Below are positions 48,601-60,078 of a stretch of 64,000 bases of DNA, in pieces; the stretch's first letter is position 1; every line of letters starts with the position of its first letter. The stretch is taken from contig NW_026262679.1 in NCBI RefSeq assembly GCF_021869535.1, positions 20,956,001 through 21,020,000 of the forward strand. The letters run 5' to 3'. Under the pieces are notes generated by a model. That model ran no database searches and was not told the DNA's origin. It saw only the letters and a list, made by a program, of their open reading frames with translations. The stretch comes from Mytilus californianus. Its lineage: Eukaryota. Position numbers and translations under genes: made by a program.

Positions 48601-49399
48601 CTGTTTAAAACTGATTATTACGTTTTACAGTCCTTCCCCCTTTTTGCATCAGGTTTACGTCTACCTAGACATTTTCAAATCGATATTTTTTTTTACTCTT
48701 AAGATTTTTGGTGAAAAGAGTCGCTGGTATCTTCTGATGAGTTTTTACAACCACTGGGTAAACGTCACTGCCGGTGGAAGTTATATCCCGAGGGTATCAC
48801 CAGTCCAGTAGTCGACACTTTCTGTTGACATAAACTATCATTGATGTGGTCATTTATTGTAAATTTCTTGTTTATAAAATATAATTATTCGAAACATTAA
48901 GGTTTTTCTAACCAGGCAAATACAGATGGCCTTAGCCGTAATTGGTAAAATTTGTCTGAATTGTTAGCTGCAATATGCTCCTAAACTTCGTGTTTTATTT
49001 TGCCTCCCAACTTTTTTTATTCGTGCGCCACAGGTGAGTCTCATGTAGACGAAAAACGCATCTACCGTCACAAACTATAAACCGGGTTTCTTTGAAGAGT
49101 TTTCAAAAGCAACAACGTACTTATAATTGTAAAAAATAAACGCGTCTCATTGAAATACGAACATTTAAATACTGGACAAAATTCCCAGCGGAAATTAGGG
49201 TCCTCTGTATAACACCATGGTGTACCATGCGTGTAATGATGGTTGTCCCTACAATAGCTTGTGTTCATGTCCTCGTCATTATCAGGAAGGAAATATGCTA
49301 TATGAGGAAAATTCCTACTCCAAATCTGACAAGCCCTACCACTCACTGTATAGTTAATTGTTCCAAAATACTGGGTGCTGTTCGTTTGGTAGCAATCTG
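45668..49399 (-). CDS. Kringle-sushi(CCP)-kringle exons of an extracellular module; 5' exons not adjacent
   Basis: Phase-1 exons: 49163-49399 (DCY...GRACQIW...YCRD...PWCYTEDPNFRWEFCPVFK), 47615-47800 (CTMPP...YTC...WSEFNTSC) and 45668-45894 (TTCMIW...YCRDPDGKGQPWCY...WEFC, stop). The first donor is a weak GTTCGT, but splicing rebuilds the last kringle Cys (T|GT). Confidence 0.8.
46090..46133 (+). ncRNA. Minimal hammerhead (family 2) with an A6->G core change
   Basis: GAGCGTTC-CTGGTGA-AGGTAAATCCA-GAAA-AGCGCT-TC-AGCCGC. Confidence 0.65.
48325..48495. repeat. AT-rich fold-back cluster built from (T)TTAACC / GGTTAAA motifs
   Basis: AAATTTTAACCAAAGG...CCTTGGTTAAAATTT near-perfect inverted pair plus several further copies of the motif. 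Confidence 0.6.
48723..49104 (+). mobile_element. Old diverged family-1 retrozyme copy in the kringle-sushi intron
   Basis: Colinear with 5936-6314 (CCCGAGGGTATCACCAG.CCAGTAGTC; GAGTCTCATGTAGACGAAA); terminal redundancy ~359 nt apart; core decayed to CAGGTGA. Confidence 0.7.
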
Positions 49400-49517
49400 C
49401 TGTAAATAATAGGCAGTTTCGTTAACAATTAGAAAAATTCAAACATTTTCTATCTGGTTAACAAAATTGTGTTATATAGTGCATGCACAATTGTCCTTGG
49501 TAAATTAATATTGTGAT

Positions 49518-49733
49518 GGTATACAACCATCGTGTTATTACAGTGATTTTGCATTGCGTGGTATATAACCATCGTGTTATTACAGTGATTTTTACATTGC
49601 CTGGTATATAACCATCGTGTTATTACAGTGATTTTACATTGCCTGGTATATAACCATCGTGTTATTACAGTGATTTTACATTGCCTGGAATATAACCATC
49701 GTGTTATTACAGTGATTTTACATTGCCTGGTAA
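49518..49733. repeat. 42-bp minisatellite, five copies
   Basis: TATAACCATCGTGTTATTACAGTGATTTTACATTGCCTGGTA in tandem. Confidence 0.95.
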
Positions 49734-50313
49734 ATGTTCACCTTTGAATATATGACTGCAATATATGTTAACACGAATTTATAGACTATATATATAATAG
49801 CATCACAAAATTTATTATAAAAATCATTTCTTTAAACTTAAATGTAGTTTTCGTGGACTTGATTTAATGAATATTCCTAGTATATATATTAATTTTGTCT
49901 CAATACTTTTGTACAAGATAATATTCCGTATCAACTTACAAATATAATACATGATGGTTTTAGAGTACAGATTCTAGGTACTGACGTTGTTTATAATCTT
50001 ACTTACGTGTTAGTATTTTTTATTTATCTTTGTACATTTTTAACCTTCATGTTGGAGAGCACAAAAAATCAAATGACCAAAACAAAACTGTCTATAAGGT
50101 TCACCTTCCCAAAGGGAGATGCAACCTTAGCTTTTACACGGTAACTTAATTTTATGAACTGCAAACTTACAATATCGTTTAATTCATGTTTATTGGGTGC
50201 TATAAGCTTTGCAGTTGGTACGCTTGGGTACCGATAAAGTGGTAGTTAACACATACTTTATGATTTCCATAAACGTAACACGTGTTTCTGAAATAATCGT
50301 CATCCTAAATTAC

Positions 50314-50550
50314 GATTGATTGATTGATTGATTGGTGTTTTACGCCGCTTTTAGCACTATTGGCTATTTCCTCGCGGTCAGTTTTAATTGGTGGAGGGAG
50401 CCGGAGTGCCAGGAGAAAACCACCGACCTTCGGTAGGAAAACTGGCAATTCTAGCCAATTAAGAATCATTGGAGTCGAACTCACCCGCCACGTGCGCGAT
50501 TAATGATACAGTAGTTGTGCTACTTAGACCACTCGACTACCGAGGCACCC
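50314..50550 (-). mobile_element. tRNA-derived SINE with an (AATC)n tail
   Basis: Minus strand: A box TAGTCGAGTGG, B box GAGTTCGACTCC, core GGTCGGTGGTTTTCTCCTGGCACTCCGG and tail (CAAT)n. Confidence 0.75.
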
Positions 50551-51239
50551 TCCTAAATTACACAAAAAACCGGCCAAATATATTTCGATCCAATTCATGT
50601 TCAGTTGCAAACAATTATGTTATGCTAGCTTATCAACCAAGAACAGAAGTCACTTGTGGAGCAGGAAGTTCTAACCCTTTCATGAGTTCACCCGGTTTTT
50701 GGTTTGGGTACGTGTTGTTCTACCTTAATTTTCAGTGCAGTATTTGTTGGGCCTGACTTCAAATAATTTATTTTTTCTAAATATACCTAGTATCTTATGA
50801 TCTGTAACCACCAGTGCTTGTTCGCGATAATTTGAAACAATTATTGAAAACATCTAGCAAACTTACATTGTGTTAAATAATTCCTTTTTACATATTACAT
50901 TTTTTATGTTTTATTGTTTTTTCTTTGTGGTGTGGCATGCATTCACATATATTTATCTATAGTGACACATAATCAAGCAAGCGAGATAAATAAGCATATG
51001 AATCAAGCAAATGAAAGAAAAACCCATGCATAATATGATATAAAATCTAATCAGTGACCCTAAACCAGGGGTTCCAGTACATGCTGTATTCTTCCAAGCT
51101 CAAATTTTTGGAAGAAATATGCTTTTTAAAGTTGAATTTTCTTTTATACAATTTTTAAGTCCCTCTATATGAGATTTTTCCTGTTGCATCTTTGATCTGT
51201 AGATGAGGTAATCTGCTAGTAAAATGACTTTATTTTGAA

Positions 51240-52760
51240 AACAATTTTAATTTATAATATTCATAGAGGCCAAAAATGACAATATCCTTATTAAGCGGAA
51301 TTTCAATATGTGTTGCTTCAAAAATCGAAACATGCAGTTGATGCAAGATGTCTGCTACAATATGACAGCTCCACAGCACGAGTTCTACAGTTTCTGGTTT
51401 TTCTTTTCAAACTGTTGATAAATTACAATGTTCAAGGGTCATCTTTAAAAGTAAAGTATTTGTACCTTAAATACGGCGAATAATTCTGTATTGAAACCAA
51501 CAGAGCTTGGTATTTTTTTTAAAACTTAGTAACACCATTATGTATTTTTTCCAATCTCCAACATCATGAACAACTTTATTAAATATATTCTCCCATTTTC
51601 GCTCAACTGCAAGAACAACTGGTATTTTACCTTGGTTTAAAATATTATAACTGTCTTTTGAACCTTGTCAGACTTGAAGAAAATTTTGATATTAAAAGGC
51701 AAACAAATTTGTTATTTTTTCTCCCTTTTAGTGTTGATTCCTATGGATTGTAACCAGTTTTTTAATGCTATTAAAAGCCCATAAAACTGTAAAAATGTAG
51801 GTTTTTAATTATATTTTTGATTTTGATAAGACAATATATTTCCTTGCCCATCTAACATGTCATTTACAGTCCATACCCCATTTTGTGCCCAACTTCTACA
51901 ATATACACAGACATCTTTATAATGTTTTTCCATATAGATGCCGAAATGACCTCCTCAAAATAACAAGGATGTCGGAGTCTTGACATATTTTTCCAGGCAT
52001 GAAAAACTCCTTTCCGAAATTGATTTCTACTTTTCTAATTTTTCAGTTGTTCCAAAATAAGCCAACTCTGTAAAATTTATATTTTGTGTAGAAGTAAATA
52101 ATTTTATCCACTTATTATTTGAAGTGAATAATCTTCTAACTCAAGTCCATTTTAGCCCTTGTACAAGATTTCTCAAATTAACAATTTTTACCCCCCCCCC
52201 CCCCACTCCTCTATAGTATTCTTTACATAAAAGATCCCGATTTACCTTGTCAAGATTACCATCCCAAACGAATGAATAAATTTTACTAATGAGTTAACGT
52301 AATAATTTGTCGTCTGGACTTGGGATGGATAGAAACAGATGATTCAATTTCGATATTATTAACGACTTTATAATTGTTAATTTACCAAATGGTGTAAGTG
52401 ACTGTTTTGACCATTTTTGTATAATACTGTCTATTTCTTGGATTCGAAGATCCCAATTTAGGTTTAACATTCTATCTAAATCAACACAAAACATAATACT
52501 TAATAATGTAAAGGTTCTAGAACCCCATTTCAGTCCCAACTTTACACATATTTCATCTTGACTTTGTTTTTACTTCCTATCCATATGAGATTTGTTTTAT
52601 CTAAGTTAATTTTCAGTCCTGATATCTCGGCATAGAATTGTAAAATACAGAGGGATGCATCTAAAGATGAAGGCGATCCATCTAATATAAGTGATGTGCC
52701 ATCTGCATATTGAGACAAGATCAAATCTGTATCATCTATCGTAATACCTATCCAATAGTA
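51240..52760 (-). mobile_element. Decayed L1/Tx1-like LINE, RT C-terminal half
   Basis: QYADGTSLIL...FYAEISGLKINLDKT; WSKQSLTPFGKLTIIKSL; distal ETVELVLWSC; multiple stops. Confidence 0.7.
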
Positions 52761-53143
52761 TATTGCTTTGAATCTGTATTTATCTACATACAATATATTT
52801 TAGAAAACTATTGCTCACCTGCTAATTTTAACGGCTGTGTTGCTAGGCCTAAATGGATTAATATTGATATAAAGCAATGAAAGTACATGTATAAGAGTTA
52901 ACGATGTTTAGTAATACTGGTAAAAAAAATAATAAAAAAAAACTTAAAAAAAATTTCTTTGACTATTACTAAAACTACACATGGTACAAAATTGCAGGTA
53001 AACGAATTTTGGGGATCGAATAAGATTTGGGGATATTCTGTGTGATAAGTTGGCAGATACCCTTTTCCGAATTGGTGCTTTTTTACATTTGGACAATTGT
53101 AGAATCAAAACCTTAACAAATGAAAATAACACTTTCAAATGTT

Positions 53144-53511
53144 GTGCGTCCGACGCGCATTTCTGGATTTGACTTCATCAGGAACGCTCTTACCCAAACA
53201 TTTGAAAGCCAAGTATGTATAAATAATTGAAAACGTACGGAGCGACATGACCAAAAGGCACCTAACAAGAATAGCCAAATTGCATCTAATGTCAACTTAG
53301 CCTGAGTTACTTAAAACTTTTGTTTTTAAATTACTTCTTAATTTGTCAGCAGAGAATTTAGAAAGTATGTTCTTGATCGTGTTACTGACGATCGCACTTA
53401 CTACTGAGCTGATGAAACCTTCGGGGACTAACAGTCAGCGGTATCGACAAAGTGCTACATGTAGTAAATGGAAACAACATTTTTTTTTTTGTAATTTCGT
53501 GCGTCCGAAGC
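53144..53511 (-). mobile_element. Retrozyme-like unit, family 2 (355-nt period)
   Basis: GTGCGTCCGA.GC at 53144-53156 and 53499-53511 (355 nt apart); complete hammerhead at the downstream (left) end. Confidence 0.8.
53145..53189 (-). ncRNA. Minimal type I hammerhead with an intact catalytic core
   Basis: GAGCGTTC-CTGATGA-AGTCAAATCCA-GAAA-TGCGCG-TC^GGACGC; stem I GCGTTC/GGACGC; cleavage between 53152 and 53151; stem II is weak and non-canonical. Confidence 0.75.
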
Positions 53512-53975
53512 CAGTTTGGTTTGATATTCTTTTTACATATACAAACAACAGCTCACCTGCTAATCCTAACGACTGGGTTCTTAAGCCTAAATAAACGATA
53601 AAAAAGTATAGCATTTAAAAACAAATTTATTTAAGATACAACAAGCTCTGTTTTATATTATTACTATTTTTAATGCCATATTGAATATATATTGAGTATT
53701 TCTTTTTATATAACTTATTCTGTATTAAAGGGAAATTATTTGGAAATCATAAATCTGGTCTAGCTTCTGCCATTTGGTATAAACATATATATGTAGGACT
53801 CAAATCTATGGCGGGTTTCAAATCTATGGCAGATTCCAGATCTATGGCAAATATGACGTTACAAACGCCAAACAAATCAAATATATGGCAGTTTTTTGTT
53901 TTCTCCAAATCTATGGCAGAACTTGAAATTGCGTAATGTTTCGGGAAAAAAAGTAACATATAACGTCACAATGAA

Positions 53976-54597
53976 GGGCATACGTAACAGTTTTGATCCC
54001 ACGGTGATTTTTTACGAAAATTTGCATACAAGCTATTTTTCACCTAGTCAATGCAAATATGTAATAAAAAATATACCTTCATGTGCTACTTTAAGAAATA
54101 AATGGGGTCGAAATTTTAGACATTTACTCAAAATTTGGTTTTATTGGACCATTTCTATCCTTTAAATAGACATACTGTACTTTTTTGTTTCAAAAGATAA
54201 ACACAATAGGATTTTTGTAAAAACATTTGGAAAATCTCTTTTACATAAGTATGCTCTAAATTTTTATAAAAATTCTTTGGAAATAATTATTTTTTATCAA
54301 AGTTTCAGGATTTTAGGAAAAAAACGTAATTTTTTGCTGTATACTTATCTAATTTTAAAAAATCTCATCGGTGACTTTTTCATAAAAATTGGTACAAATA
54401 ATCTTCATACGTAATCAATCCTAATCTCATTTTAAGAAAGAGGGGTCCATGAACTCGTTTTCAAGTTATATCAGTCTGAACGATAAAAATAAGTCGAAAA
54501 ATGCATCTGTTCCCGATATGTCGCAGTTTGACGTCGCGAAAAATAACATTTTACGTTGGCAACGTCATTACCTCCCCTGTAACTGTATCGTATGCCT
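53976..54597. mobile_element. Nested MITE with GGGCATACG..ACAGTT termini (possibly Kolobok-like)
   Basis: GGGCATACGTAACAGTT at 53976 and AACTGTATCGTATGCC ending at 54596; flanks are only loosely TTAA-like (TGAA / TTTAA). Confidence 0.55.
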
Positions 54598-56089
54598 TTT
54601 TAAAATTAAATAACGCCATTACGTCGTCGCCGCCGCTAACGATTTGAACAACATTTATAGATTATTTTTTCTGTAGAATGTAAATCAATAACAGATATTT
54701 TACACGGGGCTCACAGATTTTTACAAACAAATACACAGGGAAACACTTTCCGCTTCCCCTCTAGAACAATTTGACCTTTCATCCAGATGAGGGACAATAT
54801 GTGCTGTATTGTCCGAATACCGCGATGAAGAAAGGCACCGCTGTTTTTAGTAGTGGATATTTTAGGAAAGGAGTTTTAGTAAATATCTTAGCGTCTACGG
54901 CTAGCAAAGTACATAAAGTGAGAGATGAAATTACATGATACCACTTTGACTTAAATCGTCATCAGTTAAAAAAGATTGATTAAAGCTCAAATAAATATTT
55001 ATGTGAAAAGTCGAACTGTTTAATTCTTTTTATAAAAAACTACTTTCTTGTTTGTTAAGGGACTTCCAATTTTACTAGTTGGTTTAATAAATGGATTTAA
55101 CAGGTACCATGCACAGATTAGGAAATGCTAATTTTTCCAGGGCACATCATACACCTTATCGCTATTACTTAATATTTGAACGTAGGATATTTCCGCAATA
55201 GATTAGGAAATAACAAAACTTGCCATATATTAGGATTTTTAAAAATCTGCCTTAGATTTGGGATGGCATGACGTCATATTTACCATTTATGTTCTAAATT
55301 CACTGTGTTAAAACGAACATAAAGTATTTATGTGCTAAATCTCTCTAGATTTTTGTATAGCATACATATCTGAGCACATTCAGATATGTACCTTTATACG
55401 ATAAAGGCATAATAGAAAACTAAATACATATTTAGGTACTGTTAGGCGCAATGACCATCTCAATTTTAATAAGATCCAGAGATCACAATTTTTTATCAAA
55501 TATAAATAACAGTTTATGTTTTGAATACGGAAACCATGCACATCTACGAAAAAAGTCCTTTATAAACATCACAAAATCTCAATTTGATCAACAATACCGG
55601 TAAAAGACAGCAATCAAACATCTACAAAATATATACAAAACATATTAATTCTTTACATAAAACTTCAATACATTAAAAAAACAGAATTCTTAATGAAAAT
55701 TAGACTTCAATACAAAAGAAACGTGCGACAATGGTCACTGCCCAAACCTCGATAATTAAATCTCGTGCAAACTTTCTTTATATACTGACCGCCAAAACCG
55801 GTTTACAACTATTGTGAAAACACAATAGAATAAATTACATACTTCAAAAATCATACGCGAACCGCACATAAATATATTTATGTTCTAAATTCACTGTGTT
55901 CAAACGAACATAAAGTATTTATGTGCTAAATCTCTCTAGATTTTTGTATAGCATACATATCTGAGCACATTCAGATATGTACCTTTATACGATAAAGGCA
56001 TAATAGAAAACTAAATACATATTTAGGTACTGTTAGGCGCAATGACCATCTCGACGCACAAAGAAAGCAAACTTGACGTTAAGTACATA

Positions 56090-57115
56090 TCATATACCAA
56101 GATTTTGAGATACTGACAAACGCTTCTGTAAACTTTCTAATACATAGCCGTCTTTAGCTTGATCGGATTTCCACCGATCGTGTATTTTAAATAACCTATC
56201 TGAAATATTGTTTTGAGCGGCAGCTGTGGCACCACCCGATCTAAAACTATGCAGACCAAAATCTTTAGAGTTACAACCAATCTCTGATAATGCACATTTA
56301 ATCAATTCTCTCGCTCTGGTATACGACAAACTATAGTTTTTCTTCCTAAGAACAAAATTCTGTGTTTTCTTCAAAAATGACAAAGGTCTAAATATATACA
56401 TATCTGAAGAAAAATCAATATTTGCTTCTCTTAAATAGCAGTCTAATATTGTACATGGACATTGTGGAGTGTCAAGCTTTGATATCAATACATGTCTGCC
56501 TTTCCTGTAACAGTCTGTTTTACTCTTCTCAATAAAAATGTCTATATATTGATTACAAAATGAAATGTGCTTTGCTTTTATACTACAAAGTTCTTGGTAC
56601 CTTAAAAATCCGGTATAAGATAGTGCACACATTGTTAATAGCCGTAAATCTTTAAGAGAACGACCAACTGAATTGTACTTTGAAAATAATTTGATCATAA
56701 TATCAGAAGTAACTGGACTCTTTTTCTCTATAGGTTTGTTCAATTTTCTTCTTGATGCTTCTACGATCAATCTAACCATTTCAGAATCACATGGATTAGC
56801 TACCCCAGCAAGATTATGTGCCCATTTAATTCCATAAAAAGCGGATTCTATAACGCTATAATGATTAGCTGATTGCATTAAATTTTGTAAATATAGACCT
56901 ACATATAATTCTTGACAGGGTAAAACACATTTAATTTCAGAGTATTTTTCAGTCCATTTAACGAATCTTTTAAAATATCCAGCATATTTTTCTACTGTAG
57001 ATTTTGCACGAGCATCAAGAATGGTTGAAGATAAACTATTAAACAATGATCTAAGTTCAGGGTGTTTAATCTGTTCGTTCTGTGACCAAAATCCAACAGA
57101 AAATATTGTCTGCAA
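56090..57115 (-). CDS. Tyrosine recombinase of the DIRS-order element
   Basis: GFLRYQEL (R), KSKTD (K), HSFRSGG (HxxR), HDRW (consensus HGRW), KDGY (Y); no ATG at the ORF start. Confidence 0.9.
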   Translation of the reverse strand: MQTIFSVGFWSQNEQIKHPELRSLFNSLSSTILDARAKSTVEKYAGYFKRFVKWTEKYSEIKCVLPCQELYVGLYLQNLMQSANHYSVIESAFYGIKWAHNLAGVANPCDSEMVRLIVEASRRKLNKPIEKKSPVTSDIMIKLFSKYNSVGRSLKDLRLLTMCALSYTGFLRYQELCSIKAKHISFCNQYIDIFIEKSKTDCYRKGRHVLISKLDTPQCPCTILDCYLREANIDFSSDMYIFRPLSFLKKTQNFVLRKKNYSLSYTRARELIKCALSEIGCNSKDFGLHSFRSGGATAAAQNNISDRLFKIHDRWKSDQAKDGYVLESLQKRLSVSQNLGI

Positions 57116-57644
57116 AATATATATACAATCGGTAGAATAAAGTTATAAATATAAAATACAGTACCTTGAAACTATATCCATACTAGTCAGTGACTTGGTC
57201 AAATAATAATACAATCTATAATAATATTCCAGCGACCAATAAGATGAGGGTCCAGTGACCAAAAAAGGCAGTCCAATGTGTGTACACAGTAACACCGTAG
57301 CAAAACGCAATACCCAGTGGTAATATAAATCTGTAAAATAAATATACATATTACACAACCGAAGCATTTAAATGTACAGCTAATATTTTCCCGTGAAATT
57401 TACCATTAGCAAACAAAGAGTTTAAATTGTTACCAGCAACAAAAATTCTTTCCACTTCATGAAATTCTAAAACATCAACAACATAACAAGCGTATTCCAA
57501 GTTCTGTTTAAAAATCAAAGGCCAAAATGCAGCAGACTGCCATTTAGGAACAACAAGTGTACCGTCTGCTCCACAAGAGACTAAATGGTTAATACAGTTA
57601 CTAACTAGACTAATTGGCGGAACTAACCAGTTGTTCTCGCCATG

Positions 57645-59534
57645 TCAGTTGCAAGTGAATGCATCTATCGCTGATGTTGTAGGATTCCAATATTTCGAAT
57701 TAAACCTAGCCAGCTTAGTATTATGCATGTTAGCAAACCTGTCAATAGTGAATGGTCCCCAGATGCTATTCAAAAAATCGAAAAATGCAAAAGATATGCC
57801 CCAATCATCAATGTCAATAATTCTACTCAAAGCATCAGCCTTTTCGTTTTCCTCTCTAGGAATCCACTGTGCATATAATGAAATATTACGCGACACACAA
57901 GTATTAAAAATTGATAAAGCTAAACCTTGCAAGTGTGGTAATTTGCTTCCTTTCTTAATAATACTAACAGCATTTTGATTATCTGTGAAAAAAGTAACTG
58001 AACTGTGTTCTAATACTTTCGCAAAACTATCTAAAGATAATTCAATGGCTTTCACCTCTCTCCAAGTGGAGCTTTTTGTTGCCTCTGTCATAGACCACTG
58101 TCTGTGTGCAATATAATCAGTACCTTGTAAATAACCTCCTGCACCTATATCACTTGCATCAGTGAAATCATTAAATTCAGAATTATTCCGTAATAAAGGT
58201 AATGGCTTCAAACAGTGAATATTTTGTTTCCAAAACAAAATTTCTTGAATACTATCTGAATGGTGTCTCAAATCAACGTACTGATCCCAGTCTTGTTTTA
58301 AATTTATAACAGAAAAAGTACACCTTGTCATAATTTGAGTAACATTTCCAATAGCTGGTGAAAAGGAAATAATTTTTCCACATAATTTAGCTAACAACCT
58401 AATTTTAACTTTAAAAGCTTTAGACAGAATTACATCAATCAAATGGATAAAATTATTTATTTTAATCAACGGCAACTCCATCAAAGAACTTTTCAAATTC
58501 CAAGTGAAACCAAGCCAAACTAAAGTTTGAACAGGTGTCCATATACACTTGTCCTTGTTTGGAACAAAACCTGACAATATCAAATCGTTTTTGACCCTCA
58601 CTGATTGTTCGCAACATAGCTTTTCAGTCTCCGCTAAACATAAGCCATCATCTAAATACACTGTAATTTTGATACCATCTTTGCGCCAGTGAGCAATTAA
58701 AGGTCTTACAACTTTAGTGAATACGTATCCCGCTGAACAGAGGCCAAACGGCAAAACTGTAAAAACAAAATATTTTACCGTTTCACCAAACTTCCAAGAA
58801 AACCCCAAATACTTCTGATGATTAGGGAAAATGTTTATGTCATGATAGCCTGATTTTAAATCAAAGGCAAAACCAAAACAATCGCTTTTCAAAAACTGAC
58901 TGGCAGTTTTCCAGTCCTCAAACTTAATTTTACTATAAACAACTTGCTTGTTTACGTGTCTCAAGTCTAAAATTAAACGACCTTTACCTGATGAATTAAT
59001 CGATACAGTTAACGGGTTAACAACATGCGGTCTGTTCGATACCTCTTTTATCAAGCTAGCATCAATTAATTCTTGAACTGCCTTTTCTACAAAATCTTTA
59101 TGGTCTAAAGCAGATTTATTATTTCTTAGCAAAACGCTCGCTGGTTCATCAATTAAAGGTATTTTATAACCATTCTCAATTAAATCTAAAATAAACTTTG
59201 AAGCATTAATATTTTTCCAAAAATCTAATAAATTTTTCAGTCTATTTTTAACATTTATACAAGATTCATAATCATAAAAAGAGTCAAAATTGTCTACATT
59301 CTGTACCTTAAGAATATCTGGAGATCTCTCAGTATGGTGCTCCTCTGGAAGCTGCTGAATTTTCCCCTTTTTTACAGTCTTTAGCCCAATGTCCATACAG
59401 ACCACAGTTGTAACAGATGTCCCTAGCTCTGTTCCGACGAGATGTGATGGGGGCGGAGGCCCCCGCGACAAGAAAGGGCTGTTGCTGTGAAAAACCACCA
59501 TTATTTCCATTGTGAGCAATACTAGATTGACCAC
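57645..59534 (-). CDS. pol: RT-RNase H of the DIRS-order element; C-terminal extension disrupted
   Basis: RLILDLR, FDLKSGYH, VLPFGL, VYLDDG; FTDASD, STWRE, FTDNQ, ADALSR. The ORF ends at TGA where Trp is expected and continues HGENNWLVPP, then shifts frame into INHLVSCGADGTLVVPKW up to about 57350. Confidence 0.9.
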   Translation of the reverse strand: MVNLVLLTMEIMVVFHSNSPFLSRGPPPPSHLVGTELGTSVTTVVCMDIGLKTVKKGKIQQLPEEHHTERSPDILKVQNVDNFDSFYDYESCINVKNRLKNLLDFWKNINASKFILDLIENGYKIPLIDEPASVLLRNNKSALDHKDFVEKAVQELIDASLIKEVSNRPHVVNPLTVSINSSGKGRLILDLRHVNKQVVYSKIKFEDWKTASQFLKSDCFGFAFDLKSGYHDINIFPNHQKYLGFSWKFGETVKYFVFTVLPFGLCSAGYVFTKVVRPLIAHWRKDGIKITVYLDDGLCLAETEKLCCEQSVRVKNDLILSGFVPNKDKCIWTPVQTLVWLGFTWNLKSSLMELPLIKINNFIHLIDVILSKAFKVKIRLLAKLCGKIISFSPAIGNVTQIMTRCTFSVINLKQDWDQYVDLRHHSDSIQEILFWKQNIHCLKPLPLLRNNSEFNDFTDASDIGAGGYLQGTDYIAHRQWSMTEATKSSTWREVKAIELSLDSFAKVLEHSSVTFFTDNQNAVSIIKKGSKLPHLQGLALSIFNTCVSRNISLYAQWIPREENEKADALSRIIDIDDWGISFAFFDFLNSIWGPFTIDRFANMHNTKLARFNSKYWNPTTSAIDAFTCN

Positions 59535-60078
59535 CAGCAGATTCCGCGGGTCTTTTCTTTGTGTTTTGACGCTTATCCTGCTTCACGGTTTTCAATTTCT
59601 TCACTGCTCTGCCATCAGCCGCCCGAATGCGCTTCTCATCCTCTGAGTCACTAGCCACGTCATCAGACAAATACTCGTCTACAGTTTTCCAACCACCTTC
59701 GGATTTATCTGCTATTCGAATCAGCTTATTCCTTTTCTTCAAAGATTTACCAGATTCTTTCAGCACTTTGACGGCCTTCTCATATCTCCGGTGCTCTATA
59801 CAGTCTACAGCAATATCAATATTATCTAACATATCAGAATTTAAGTCAAACTGAACTTTATTACCCTTGAACTTGAAGGAACTCTCAGATTTCTGTACCT
59901 TTCGTGCAAGATCATGTGTGGTATCTGCAAAATTTCTCTCAATTCCCGTCAACTTTCTGGTAAAATAGGTTTTCATCAACGACAACAAATCAGCATTTGT
60001 AATTTCATCAGAATCAGCTTGACACGGCAGCTCTACACCTTCCATATCAGGTAGTTTATCAGGCTCGATATCAGACAT
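59329..60078 (-). CDS. gag: Gag-like ORF of the DIRS-order element
   Basis: ATG at 60078 just after repeat A1; RNKLIRIADKSEGGWKTVDEY; CCHC knuckle CYNCGLYGHWAKDC; 3' end overlaps pol in another frame. Confidence 0.88.
   Translation of the reverse strand: MSDIEPDKLPDMEGVELPCQADSDEITNADLLSLMKTYFTRKLTGIERNFADTTHDLARKVQKSESSFKFKGNKVQFDLNSDMLDNIDIAVDCIEHRRYEKAVKVLKESGKSLKKRNKLIRIADKSEGGWKTVDEYLSDDVASDSEDEKRIRAADGRAVKKLKTVKQDKRQNTKKRPAESAGGQSSIAHNGNNGGFSQQQPFLVAGASAPITSRRNRARDICYNCGLYGHWAKDCKKGENSAASRGAPY

Noticed and set aside
49518-49733. 42-bp repeat as a coding repeat
   Set aside because: Unit-length indels break the one open frame, and it lies outside the splice-defined kringle exon.
50785-50860. 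Short minus-strand ATG exon with a phase-1 donor as first exon of the kringle gene
   Set aside because: It is not signal-peptide-like, has a weak donor and no supporting homology; it cannot be excluded without transcripts.
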